This document shows positions 55,688 to 64,000 of a DNA stretch of 64,000 nt, one piece after another (position 1 is the first letter of the stretch; each line of letters begins with the position of its first letter). The stretch is from NCBI GenBank assembly GCA_964586595.1, contig CAZPHB010000001.1:263849-327848 (forward strand), written 5' to 3'. A model generated the notes under the pieces. It had not been told where the DNA came from. It worked only from the letters and a program-made list of their open reading frames with translations, and did no database searches. Source of the stretch: an uncultured Flavobacteriaceae bacterium. GTDB taxonomy: Bacteria; Bacteroidota; Bacteroidia; NS11-12g; UBA955. The position numbers were made by a program, and so were the translations under genes.

Positions 55688-56014
55688 TTATTCCTTTAAT
55701 TTTTTGTTGTTATGGTGTCGGGTTTGGTCGCGCAGGGTCTTTTTTTCAAAATTGCGTTGCAGGGCCGTTTCAAGATTCACCCCGGTTTGGTTGGCCAGGC
55801 AGCAGAGCACCCAAAGCACATCGGCCATTTCATCGGCCAGATCAACCTTTTCACCCTCTTTAAAACTTTGCTCGCCATAGGTGCGGGCCATGATGCGCGC
55901 CAGCTCGCCCACTTCTTCCATTAAAATCGCGGTATTGGTGAGTTCATTAAAATACCGAACTCCGTGGGTTTTAATCCATGCATCAACCTGTTGCTGCGCT
56001 TCCTGAACTGTCAT
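55688..56014 (-). CDS. Small MazG-like nucleotide pyrophosphohydrolase (single EExxE domain)
   Basis: Start placed at MTVQEAQQQVDAWIKTHGVRYFNELTNTAILMEEVGELARIMAR... with ...DLADEMADVLWVLCCLANQTGVNLETAL (EExxE/D motif pairs of the all-alpha NTP-PPase fold). Confidence 0.7.
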   Translation of the reverse strand: MTVQEAQQQVDAWIKTHGVRYFNELTNTAILMEEVGELARIMARTYGEQSFKEGEKVDLADEMADVLWVLCCLANQTGVNLETALQRNFEKKTLRDQTRHHNNKKLKE

Positions 56015-56097
56015 AAAACAAAGGTACATCTGAACCAAATAGCGCACATGTTGCGGATGCGTTGAAAAGAAACCGAAGCACAGGCTTTCTGAATTTT

Positions 56098-56105
56098 TAA
56101 CTTTG
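56098..56105 (+). promoter_or_regulatory. Bacteroidota -7 promoter element TAACTTTG upstream of the helicase-nuclease gene
   Basis: TAnnTTTG match ending 13 nt before the ATG at 56119. Confidence 0.4.
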
Positions 56106-56118
56106 TTCTTTTTGCCAC

Positions 56119-59100
56119 ATGAAAGAACCTTTATCCTTTTTAAGTACGTTAAATCAGGCGCAACTTCAGGCCGTGGAAGCCATTGAAGGCCCCGTAATGG
56201 TCATTGCAGGTCCCGGTACGGGGAAAACGCAAATCCTGGCTTCGCGGATTGCGAACATCCTGACCCAAACCGATGCGCGCCCCCAAGACATTCTTTGCCT
56301 TACCTACACTGATGCGGGTGCGGTAGCCATGAAACGCCGCCTTACTGAATTCATGGGTCAGGAGGCCTATCGGGTAAACATCCACACCTTCCACGCCTTC
56401 TGCAATCGGGTGATTATGGAAAATCCGGAAGTGTTTGGACGCAGCGCGCTGAAGGTGATGGACGACCTTGAACGCGAAGAATTAATCATTGAAATGCTTC
56501 ATGGCCTGCCACCTGAACACGTGCTGAAAACCTACAACGAAGACGCTGCGCGCACCCGTCAGGACCTTAAAAGCCTGTTCAGCGTGATGCAAAAAGAACA
56601 CCTAAGCAGCGCGGATATTCAGATTAAGGCGGCCAATTACCTACAGCAACTCCCGTATAACAAAGAGTATCTATACAAGAAAACCGGAGAAATCAATGAA
56701 CGACTGGCAGCGCCGCTGAGAAAAGCCTTGGCCAAACTGCAGGCAGGGGCTGTTTTGTTCGATGAATACAACCGCATCAAAAACGAACGAGGCCTTTATG
56801 AATATGAAGACATGCAACGATGGGTGGTGCAGCATTTTTCAACGAATGAATCACTGCTGGCCCGCTACCAGGAGCAATTTCTTTACGTGCTGGTCGATGA
56901 ATATCAGGATACCAGCGGTATTCAAAACCATGTTTTACACCTGCTCACCGGCCACTGGCACAGCCCCAATGTATTTGTGGTGGGCGACGACGACCAAAGC
57001 ATTTACCGTTTTCAGGGTGCCAATGTGGAAAACGTGCTTGACTTTGCCCAACGGTACCAGGAACATTTGAAAACCGTTGTACTCGAAGAAAATTACCGCA
57101 GCAGCCAAGCGCTGTTAAATGCGGCTCAGGCGCTCATCGGATTGAACAAGTTGCGTTTGGTCAATCAGGTTCCCGGGCTCAGCAAAAACCTGATTGCCAG
57201 GGGAACGCACGCCACACTTCCCAAGCAACCGGATTTGGTGCAGTTACCCAACGAAATCCACGAATCCATTTGGGTAGCAGATCAGATAGAAGCGTTGATT
57301 CAAAAAGGCGTCAAACCTACCGAGATCGCAGTTTTATACCGAAAACACGCCCAATCAGAATCGTTGCTGCGCGAGTTTCGCATCCGTAAACTCCCTTTCA
57401 ACACACGGAAGCCGCTGAATATTCTGGAGGATCCGCACATCAAACAACTGTTGGACTTTTGTGCCTACCTGAATGCCGAACTGGAACAGGCGCATTCTGG
57501 TCAAAATAGTCTGTATTTGTTGTTGCATTATGGATTGTATCAGATTCGCCCGCTCAACGTGGCCCTGCTTGCTGCCCACATTTACAAAATGAGAAAAAGT
57601 TGGCGCCTGGCACTTGGAGATATATGTTCCGGCGCTGCGCGTGCCGAATTTCTCGAGGCTGAAGAACTTTCAGAACTGCGCAGACTGCACGGGGATATCG
57701 AATACTGGCTGGGACATGCGTCTGATTGGACCGTCCCCGTTTTGTTGGAAAAGGTGATTGCAAAAGCCGGTTTTCTTCGCAAGGCGATGCTCAGTGACGA
57801 TCCGGCCTATCAAATAGAGGTGTTGCACAGTTTTCACAACCTTGTGAAAGAAGAAAATGCCTTGTTTCCAAACCTCACCCTTGGACAGTTGCTGGACCGA
57901 ATTTCACGCAGGCAAACCCTGGGCATTACGGTAGATGTTGAACAGCGCGCAGGCACCGGAGACGGTGTAGTTTTCAGTACCGCACACAGCAGTAAAGGCC
58001 TGGAATGGGAACATGTGTTTATCATCGGAGCCAATTATGAAGACTGGGAAAAATCAGGCCCCATCAAATTGCCCTTCCGACTTGGTGAAATACTGGTTGA
58101 TCTGGAAAACCTCAGCGATTCGGATGAAGAGGAAATGCGCAGGTTGTTTTATGTAGGAATTACGCGCGCTAAAAAAAGCCTGCATGTATCGTACCGCAGC
58201 CAAAACCTGAAAGGAAAAGCACTTACCCCATCTTCGTTCATTCAGGTACTGGCCGATAGCAAAACTGCCACGCAGCAGCAATTGGTGATGCCGCAGGATC
58301 GGGTTGTTCATTCTGAAGCTGAAGCCCTCGGTTTGTCCGCAGTAACCACGATTCCCATGCCGCCGGAGGCCTATTTGCAGGGACTGGTAGAGAAATTCGA
58401 ACTTTCACCCACCGCTTTGCAGAGCTATCTGGACTGCCCCATCCGTTTCTACTTCAATAATTTAATCCGCATCCCACAGGCCAAAAGCGAATATGCCAGC
58501 TTTGGTTCGGCCGTGCACGATACCCTTACGCATGCTTTTCGCCTCAGAAAAGAGAACGGAACATTCCCCGAAGAAGCACAATTGCTTGCACTGTTTCGGA
58601 AAAGTATGAGCAAATACCGGGACGGATTTACCGAAGCAGCCTTCCAGCGCCGCTTGCAACAGGGCATTGAAATACTTCCAAATTATTACCGGCAACGACT
58701 TCCGCATTTCAATGAACACGCAGAAGGCGTGCAGGAAGTAACCTTGAACGCGCGCATCAACGGCGTGCCCATTAAAGGAAAAATAGACAAGGTTGAACTC
58801 CATGGGAACGATGCCGTTTTGGTTGATTACAAAACCGGAAAGGTGGATAACGGTCTCAAAAAACTGCGTGAACTCAGCGTTGACGAGCCTACCGGTGCCT
58901 GGGAGAAATGGGGAGATTATTGGTTGCAACTGGCTTTTTATCAAATACTTGCCGAAGCAGACCCCAACTGTAACTGGACAGTTACCGGATTGGCCATTGA
59001 CTTTGTAGAACAGAACGACCAGGGCGTTAGCCCGATTGAATATGTGGTGATTAGTCCTACAGACCTGCAATTGGTAAAAGACAAAATTGTTGAAACAGAT

Positions 59101-59241
59101 GCAGCAATTCGTTCCTTTAAATTTGACACCGGTTGTGGTAAAAAAGATTGTGAATGGTGTCATTTCGCCACCTATTACCAAATAACACCACCTTCAGACC
59201 ACAAACATCCCGCCGAAGAACTCAACGACCTGAACACTTGA
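56119..59241 (+). CDS. Single-chain ATP-dependent helicase-nuclease: UvrD/Rep superfamily-1 helicase fused to a C-terminal RecB/Cas4-type PD-(D/E)xK nuclease with a 4-Cys cluster (AddA/AddB-like hybrid)
   Basis: 1040 aa. Helicase motifs: Walker A IAGPGTGKTQIL, motif II VLVDEYQDTS, VVGDDDQSIYRFQGA, and helicase C-terminal motifs (...VFSTAHSSKGLEWEHVFIIG...YVGITRAKKSL). Nuclease: ...GKIDKVELHGNDAVLVDYKTGK... followed by FDTGCGKKDCEWCHF (Cys-x5-Cys-x2-Cys plus an upstream Cys), reminiscent of AddB/Cas4 Fe-S nuclease domains. Confidence 0.88.
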   Translation: MKEPLSFLSTLNQAQLQAVEAIEGPVMVIAGPGTGKTQILASRIANILTQTDARPQDILCLTYTDAGAVAMKRRLTEFMGQEAYRVNIHTFHAFCNRVIMENPEVFGRSALKVMDDLEREELIIEMLHGLPPEHVLKTYNEDAARTRQDLKSLFSVMQKEHLSSADIQIKAANYLQQLPYNKEYLYKKTGEINERLAAPLRKALAKLQAGAVLFDEYNRIKNERGLYEYEDMQRWVVQHFSTNESLLARYQEQFLYVLVDEYQDTSGIQNHVLHLLTGHWHSPNVFVVGDDDQSIYRFQGANVENVLDFAQRYQEHLKTVVLEENYRSSQALLNAAQALIGLNKLRLVNQVPGLSKNLIARGTHATLPKQPDLVQLPNEIHESIWVADQIEALIQKGVKPTEIAVLYRKHAQSESLLREFRIRKLPFNTRKPLNILEDPHIKQLLDFCAYLNAELEQAHSGQNSLYLLLHYGLYQIRPLNVALLAAHIYKMRKSWRLALGDICSGAARAEFLEAEELSELRRLHGDIEYWLGHASDWTVPVLLEKVIAKAGFLRKAMLSDDPAYQIEVLHSFHNLVKEENALFPNLTLGQLLDRISRRQTLGITVDVEQRAGTGDGVVFSTAHSSKGLEWEHVFIIGANYEDWEKSGPIKLPFRLGEILVDLENLSDSDEEEMRRLFYVGITRAKKSLHVSYRSQNLKGKALTPSSFIQVLADSKTATQQQLVMPQDRVVHSEAEALGLSAVTTIPMPPEAYLQGLVEKFELSPTALQSYLDCPIRFYFNNLIRIPQAKSEYASFGSAVHDTLTHAFRLRKENGTFPEEAQLLALFRKSMSKYRDGFTEAAFQRRLQQGIEILPNYYRQRLPHFNEHAEGVQEVTLNARINGVPIKGKIDKVELHGNDAVLVDYKTGKVDNGLKKLRELSVDEPTGAWEKWGDYWLQLAFYQILAEADPNCNWTVTGLAIDFVEQNDQGVSPIEYVVISPTDLQLVKDKIVETDAAIRSFKFDTGCGKKDCEWCHFATYYQITPPSDHKHPAEELNDLNT

Positions 59242-61664
59242 AAAAAATCCTCCTGTTTATTCCACTGCTTTTTGTGCTCGATGTGGCGACAGCCCAAAAC
59301 GACAGAGCCTATACACCCGTGCAAAGGGCAATGCTTAATGGCGATGACCGCATCCTCCTGAAAAGTGAACAGGATGTGCAATTTTTACTACGCAATTACA
59401 GACGCCTCTACGGAACCATTGCCATCCGCGTGAATGGCCGACTTTCCCTGAACAGCCTGGCCAACGCGGTATCGCGGCTGGACGAATTGCTGGAACTGGA
59501 TTTGCGCGATTGGGATGGCACCCTTAATGCCGAGCTTATAGAACAATTCAGCCAGGTGGAGGAACTGAGCCTGTACATTCCAGACAAAAAGAACAAACTC
59601 ACCGAACAACTTCCTCCGCTGGGTAAATTTCGATCCGTGCGCCTGCAGTTTGAATCAGCGCCTGACTCCCTGGGCTTCCTCAAGGCCCTTGAAGGCGTTT
59701 CTTCGGTGCAATTCATCGCGCCATTTTCGGCAAAAGAAGCCGGCACGCTCATCCGCAGCGCGTTGACCCGCTTGGGCAGCCTGCGCAAGTTGGAGGTCAG
59801 CCTGAATCAAGTTGAAGATTTACCCGGACCGGCAAGTTTGTACAGCAACCTGGAAGCCCTGAGCATCATCGACAACTTGTCGTGGATGTCCAATAATGGC
59901 TGGGAAGAATTGCGTACAGACCGATTCTCGCTCACATATCAACCAAAATCAGGCATGGTTCGTCGCCTGAACGTTAGTTATCTGAGTGACGACGTGGATT
60001 TATATCCCGAAGACTGGGCATATCTGAAAAAGCTGTTCCCGTCAATGACCCAGGGTGCATTTACATATCAGGCAGATACAGGGAAAAGTAAAGGTGTGCT
60101 GAGTCCTTTTTCCAATCGGCCAAAACCTGCGTTTCAGCATGCAAAATCCTATGAAGCACTGTTTCCCGAAATGGAACCACGTCGCAGCGTATTTGAACTG
60201 GATCCCGGAAAGAACTACATCCTCTATACCCGCCTCGGCAATGCCGTGATGGTACCTGCCAACAGTCTGGAATTGCCTAATGGCAGTGAAGCCCGCGGCA
60301 GCATTCAATTTTCCATCAGGGAATTTCTGCGTCCGGATGAACAAACCGCTCATGGTGCGCCAACCCACTACGACAGCCTGAAGCAACGCCTATTCCTCAG
60401 GCAGCGTTACCTGGTTGAATTGGCCGCCAACACAGGCAATCAGCCATTGAGATTGAAGGAAGGAAATTTCATCCGCATTTATGCCGGAATCAATACCGAC
60501 AGCAGCGATCGTTTTTTTGCTTTTGACGACCAAAAGAACAAATGGGAACATTTCTACGATTACGATTACCGCTTCGACGACAGTAAACTGCGCGCCATTG
60601 ACTTCTATTCATGGTTTCGCGATTCTTCGGTAGCGCGGCGCTTTGCCATGGATAAAAGCAGCATGGAATCCCGTTTTATGAGCGGTGATTACTTCTATTC
60701 CCTGCCGCCGGAATACCATGAAGGGTGGCTTTTGGGAAACCAAGGCTATTACAATCGCTTCACCGAAACAAAGCCTGCCCCTGAAACTCCGTTTGTGTAC
60801 CTCAAGCGCGGAAAATCATTGGTTTCTATTCAGAAAAGCTTTGTGGACCGCACCAAAGAGCAGGGCGTCATCAAGTTCATCATTGCCGATAAAACCGGAG
60901 GGATGCTTTTTCCGGAACTCAAAGCGTTTGGTTCGTACGTTTTTTGTTACACCGGCGCCCTCACTTCCAAAGAATTCAGCCAACAGTTCATCTTCAGAAG
61001 AAAATTCTGCGATGTGCGCGTGGAACTGGACAATGGCTTGCCGGTAGTTGTGATGAAAGGAGATGAAGGATATGTGCGCATCCCGGTGGACATGACCTAC
61101 AGCGCAGCAGGCAACAGCCAGCGTGCACAGGCCGATTTCCAAAATGCCTACAGCCGATATCGCCGTTTGCTCACACTACGTCTGGCTGCCTTTGACCGCG
61201 CCCAGGCACTGGATTATGCAGCGCAAATAAAGAATCACGAAGCGAAACGGCTGGCCATAGGCGGAAAAACACGCGATACAGAGTTGCGTTTGCGCAGCCT
61301 CGGACTATTCTGCTGGGGTGCTCCGGAACTTCCACAGGACAGCCTGCACCTGCTGGTGAAATTCACCGACGCAGGAGGATTGCCTGTAGATGCAAAGAAT
61401 GCCTTTCTGTTGCTGAAAAATCCTTACGCCCGCTATACGTTTCGCGGCTTGGAAACCTTTGAATTGAACTACCGCCCCGACAGGTTTGTGATGATGGGCT
61501 GCCAGGATTTCAAAGGGAACGTATTCATCGTCAACAGTGAAAAAATTGGATTGCTGGAACTGAAAAGCAACAGCCTGGTTTATGTGCCTGCCACGGAAGT
61601 AGCCCGGCCGCTGCGCACCCGCAAGGAATACCTTCGCATCCTCGGCATCAACGAACGAAAATGA
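59238..61664 (+). CDS. Secreted ~808-aa protein of unknown function with N-terminal leucine-rich-repeat-like region
   Basis: TTG start at 59238 overlapping the helicase stop (TTGA). It gives a textbook signal peptide (M)KKILLFIPLLFVLDVATAQ. LRR-like spacing follows (LDELLELDLRDW..., LRKLEVSLNQVEDLPGPASLYSNLEALSIIDNLSW). The remainder has no motif I can place. Its stop overlaps the next gene's ATG (ATGA). Confidence 0.7.
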   Translation: MKKILLFIPLLFVLDVATAQNDRAYTPVQRAMLNGDDRILLKSEQDVQFLLRNYRRLYGTIAIRVNGRLSLNSLANAVSRLDELLELDLRDWDGTLNAELIEQFSQVEELSLYIPDKKNKLTEQLPPLGKFRSVRLQFESAPDSLGFLKALEGVSSVQFIAPFSAKEAGTLIRSALTRLGSLRKLEVSLNQVEDLPGPASLYSNLEALSIIDNLSWMSNNGWEELRTDRFSLTYQPKSGMVRRLNVSYLSDDVDLYPEDWAYLKKLFPSMTQGAFTYQADTGKSKGVLSPFSNRPKPAFQHAKSYEALFPEMEPRRSVFELDPGKNYILYTRLGNAVMVPANSLELPNGSEARGSIQFSIREFLRPDEQTAHGAPTHYDSLKQRLFLRQRYLVELAANTGNQPLRLKEGNFIRIYAGINTDSSDRFFAFDDQKNKWEHFYDYDYRFDDSKLRAIDFYSWFRDSSVARRFAMDKSSMESRFMSGDYFYSLPPEYHEGWLLGNQGYYNRFTETKPAPETPFVYLKRGKSLVSIQKSFVDRTKEQGVIKFIIADKTGGMLFPELKAFGSYVFCYTGALTSKEFSQQFIFRRKFCDVRVELDNGLPVVVMKGDEGYVRIPVDMTYSAAGNSQRAQADFQNAYSRYRRLLTLRLAAFDRAQALDYAAQIKNHEAKRLAIGGKTRDTELRLRSLGLFCWGAPELPQDSLHLLVKFTDAGGLPVDAKNAFLLLKNPYARYTFRGLETFELNYRPDRFVMMGCQDFKGNVFIVNSEKIGLLELKSNSLVYVPATEVARPLRTRKEYLRILGINERK

Positions 61665-63154
61665 CCATTACACCTGCACTGGTGCTCAGCGCCATTGGAA
61701 TTTACTGCGGCATGCTGCTGCTTATCGCCTGGTTCACCGGACGAAAGGCGGATGCCGATGCCTACTTCATCGGAAACAGGCAAAGCGCCTGGTATCTGGT
61801 TGCTTTTGGCATGCTCAGCGACAGCATGAGCGGTGTTACCTTCATCTCCGTTCCGGGCAATGTGTGGAACCAGGGTTTCGGGTACCTGCAAACCGTTGCG
61901 GGATACTTCGTAGGTTACCTGGTCATTGCGTTCATCCTGCTGCCTCTTTATTACCGACTGAATCTAACCAGTATTTACGGTTATTTGGAACAGCGCTTCC
62001 ACCAAAGTGCCCAGCGTACCGGCGCCTTGTTCTTTCTGTTGTCGAGGCTCACCGGCAGCGCGGCCCGGCTGTTTGCCACGGCCATCGTGATTCAGTATTT
62101 CGTGTGCGACCCCTGGGGTTGGCCTTTCGGTGGAACGGTGATTGCCATCATCGCGCTGATGCTGGTTTACACCATTCGCGGCGGCATCAAAACGCTGGTG
62201 TTTACCGATGCATTCCAGTCGCTGTTCCTGTTGGGCGGACTCATTCTTGCCGTAGTGGCCATCCTGCGGGAAATGCCCGATCAAAGTATGTTCGACCTGC
62301 TCGCTTCGAGTCCGCATACCCGCTTCTTGAACGGAGATTACCTCAGCCAGGATTACTTCTGGAAACAGTTCATCAGCGGGGCCTTTGTGTGCATTGCCAT
62401 GACCGGCCTGGACCAGAACATGATGCAAAAGAATCTGAGCTGCCGCAGCCTGCGCGATGCACAAAAAAATATGCTGTGGTTCAGCGCCGTGCTCATTCTG
62501 GTAAATCTGCTTTTTGTTTCCCTCGGCGCGCTGCTTTATTCTTATGCAGGAAGCCACAACATCCAACTGCCTACCGATGCGTTGGGGAATGTGATTACCG
62601 ACAGGGTGTTCCCGGGCCTTGCCCTGAATAAACTGGGGATGATTGCCGGCATGGCCTTCATCATCGGACTGGCGGCTGCTACCTTTTCCAGCGCCGACTC
62701 CGTGCTCACCAGTCTTACCACTTCCTGCTACCTGGATTTGCTGCATCTGGATCGCCGCGACGGGCTTTCCGACCAAAGCAAACAGCGCATCCGCATGTTG
62801 ATTCATTTGGGTTTTGCCTTCCTGCTGTTTTGTACCATCCTGATGTTCAAGGCCTTCAACAACCAGGCGCTCATCAAAACGGTGCTGAAACTGGCGGGTT
62901 ATACGTATGGTCCGCTGTTGGCGCTGTTCATTGCCGGTAAATTCACCCGACTTCAGCCCCGGGCAGCGTGGTTGCCTGTGGTGTGCATCCTGAGTCCATT
63001 ACTCACATGGATAATTGACAAAAATGCCGCCTCCATGCTCGGTGGATATCAGGTTGGAAATGAAGTATTGCTGCTCAACGCATTGATCACGCTGGTCGGG
63101 CTTTGGATGATTTCAGGCCGAAAGGCAATGATTGCCGGCAGTTCAGGCTCCTGA
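61661..63154 (+). CDS. Sodium:solute symporter family (SSF) transporter
   Basis: 497 aa with about 13 TM helices. SSF-type N-terminus (...YFIGNRQSAWYLVAFGMLSDSMSGVTFISVPG...) and ...GGIKTLVFTDAFQSL.... Confidence 0.88.
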   Translation: MTITPALVLSAIGIYCGMLLLIAWFTGRKADADAYFIGNRQSAWYLVAFGMLSDSMSGVTFISVPGNVWNQGFGYLQTVAGYFVGYLVIAFILLPLYYRLNLTSIYGYLEQRFHQSAQRTGALFFLLSRLTGSAARLFATAIVIQYFVCDPWGWPFGGTVIAIIALMLVYTIRGGIKTLVFTDAFQSLFLLGGLILAVVAILREMPDQSMFDLLASSPHTRFLNGDYLSQDYFWKQFISGAFVCIAMTGLDQNMMQKNLSCRSLRDAQKNMLWFSAVLILVNLLFVSLGALLYSYAGSHNIQLPTDALGNVITDRVFPGLALNKLGMIAGMAFIIGLAAATFSSADSVLTSLTTSCYLDLLHLDRRDGLSDQSKQRIRMLIHLGFAFLLFCTILMFKAFNNQALIKTVLKLAGYTYGPLLALFIAGKFTRLQPRAAWLPVVCILSPLLTWIIDKNAASMLGGYQVGNEVLLLNALITLVGLWMISGRKAMIAGSSGS

Positions 63155-63156
63155 AC

Positions 63157-63999
63157 TCATTCCTGTTCCGGCAGTTCCGTATCGTCTTCCTTTTTACCAA
63201 ATTTCTCCCTGCGTTCAAACACACCTTCTTCATTAAAGAAGCGCCACTTCCCTACTTTCTCGCCATCGCGGTATTTGCCCTTCACCTTCACCTGTCCGTT
63301 TTCCCAATATTCCAGGTAGCGGCCATGGAAGCGCTCATTCTTCATTTCGGCGATAAATTTCACGTTGCCATTGTCGTAGAATTCACGGTGTACATCGCCA
63401 TTGATGTTTTCAATAAGGAACTGATCCACATCGCTCAGGCTGTCGCGTTCGGCCAGTGAATCGGCGCTGGCGGCCTGTAATTCAGGGATGATCAGATCAG
63501 CTTCTTCCGGTTTGTGGAACTCTGCCGAAAAGATGGTATTCAGGTTGCCATCTTCCGCAGTAAACTGAAAACCAATCTGCGGGAAGCACAACACGTAAGG
63601 TTTATTGGCATTAATACTTTGCCATTTAGATGGATGCAGTAAGCCTTTCATATCCACGAAATACCGGGGCATATTCACGTAAGCGAACACGGATGATTCC
63701 CCGCTGAAGTCGGACCGGAAGGTTTGATAGCTGTCGTTATTAGCCAGGGTATTTCCGGCCATGTGGTCTTCAATGGTTTGCAGCAGCATGCGCGGGTCAT
63801 CGGAAAAAACCACATAGTCGCCCAGGAAGGTATAGAAAGGCTTCTCCATCTTTCCGAACAACTTTCCGAACAAGAGCTTAAACAGGCCTTTGATTTCCAG
63901 GTAGTGAATTTCGTGTTCCTTATAGGTATAACTCTTGAATTTCAGCGGCGTACGGCGCCGGATCATCTTTTCAATATGCTCCAGGTTGCGCTTCGCCAT
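63157..63999 (-). CDS. Hypothetical protein with C-terminal MORN-variant (YwqK-like) repeats; start at or just beyond the window edge
   Basis: C-terminal ...HREFYDNGNVKFIAEMKNERFHGRYLEYWENGQVKVKGKYRDGEKVGKWRFFNEEG... shows the same G-x-W-x-x-F/Y-x-NG repeat as the 14408-15442 protein. An ATG lies at 63997-63999, but the frame is still open at the window end. Confidence 0.65.
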   Translation of the reverse strand: MAKRNLEHIEKMIRRRTPLKFKSYTYKEHEIHYLEIKGLFKLLFGKLFGKMEKPFYTFLGDYVVFSDDPRMLLQTIEDHMAGNTLANNDSYQTFRSDFSGESSVFAYVNMPRYFVDMKGLLHPSKWQSINANKPYVLCFPQIGFQFTAEDGNLNTIFSAEFHKPEEADLIIPELQAASADSLAERDSLSDVDQFLIENINGDVHREFYDNGNVKFIAEMKNERFHGRYLEYWENGQVKVKGKYRDGEKVGKWRFFNEEGVFERREKFGKKEDDTELPEQE

Positions 64000-64000
64000 A

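Noticed and set aside
1-64000. Searched for CRISPR arrays, tRNA/rRNA genes, IS elements, integrases and phage genes.
   Set aside because: No regularly spaced direct repeats were seen. No transposase or integrase-like ORFs were seen. No intergenic region is long enough (the largest are about 165-175 bp) or has the GTTC/TTCGAAT-type features of a tRNA. The window appears to be core chromosome.

Overview
This 64 kb window is a gene-dense chromosomal segment from a Bacteroidota (Bacteroidetes) genome, probably Chitinophagaceae or Sphingobacteriia-like. The phylum call rests on a split F-type ATPase operon without atpD/atpC, T9SS type A and type B C-terminal sorting domains, TAnnTTTG -7 promoter boxes, and a bactofilin gene at the head of the atp operon. 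It is mostly core genome with roughly 90% coding density. I found no rRNA, tRNA, CRISPR array, IS element or integrase.

The conserved core genes are:
- an ATP synthase operon on the minus strand (bactofilin-atpZ-hyp-atpBEFHAG), followed by pepA and a partial pdxA;
- a SprE/PorW-like TPR lipoprotein next to PBP1A;
- udk, lipB and a LemA-TPM-TPM triad;
- mazG and a DtxR-family repressor with a ZIP transporter;
- miaE, a GH3 protein, rpiB, tatC and fabG in one tightly packed string;
- rarA and a DEAD-box helicase;
- a GNAT-hisS-HAL-carnosinase-like string and an Hsp20 gene.

The less ordinary content is:
- a 1254-aa TraB/GumN fusion protein followed 6 bp later by a T9SS cargo gene;
- an orphan error-prone dnaE2 with a TTG start, divergent from a 3'-5' exonuclease gene;
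- a single-chain UvrD/RecB-type helicase-nuclease with a 4-Cys cluster, translationally coupled to a secreted LRR-like protein and a sodium:solute symporter;
- three secreted T9SS cargo proteins.

All functional calls come from reading the translated ORFs and recognising motifs. No database search was run. The ORF track uses alternative start codons (TTG/GTG) and often over-extends N-termini, so several starts were re-placed by hand.
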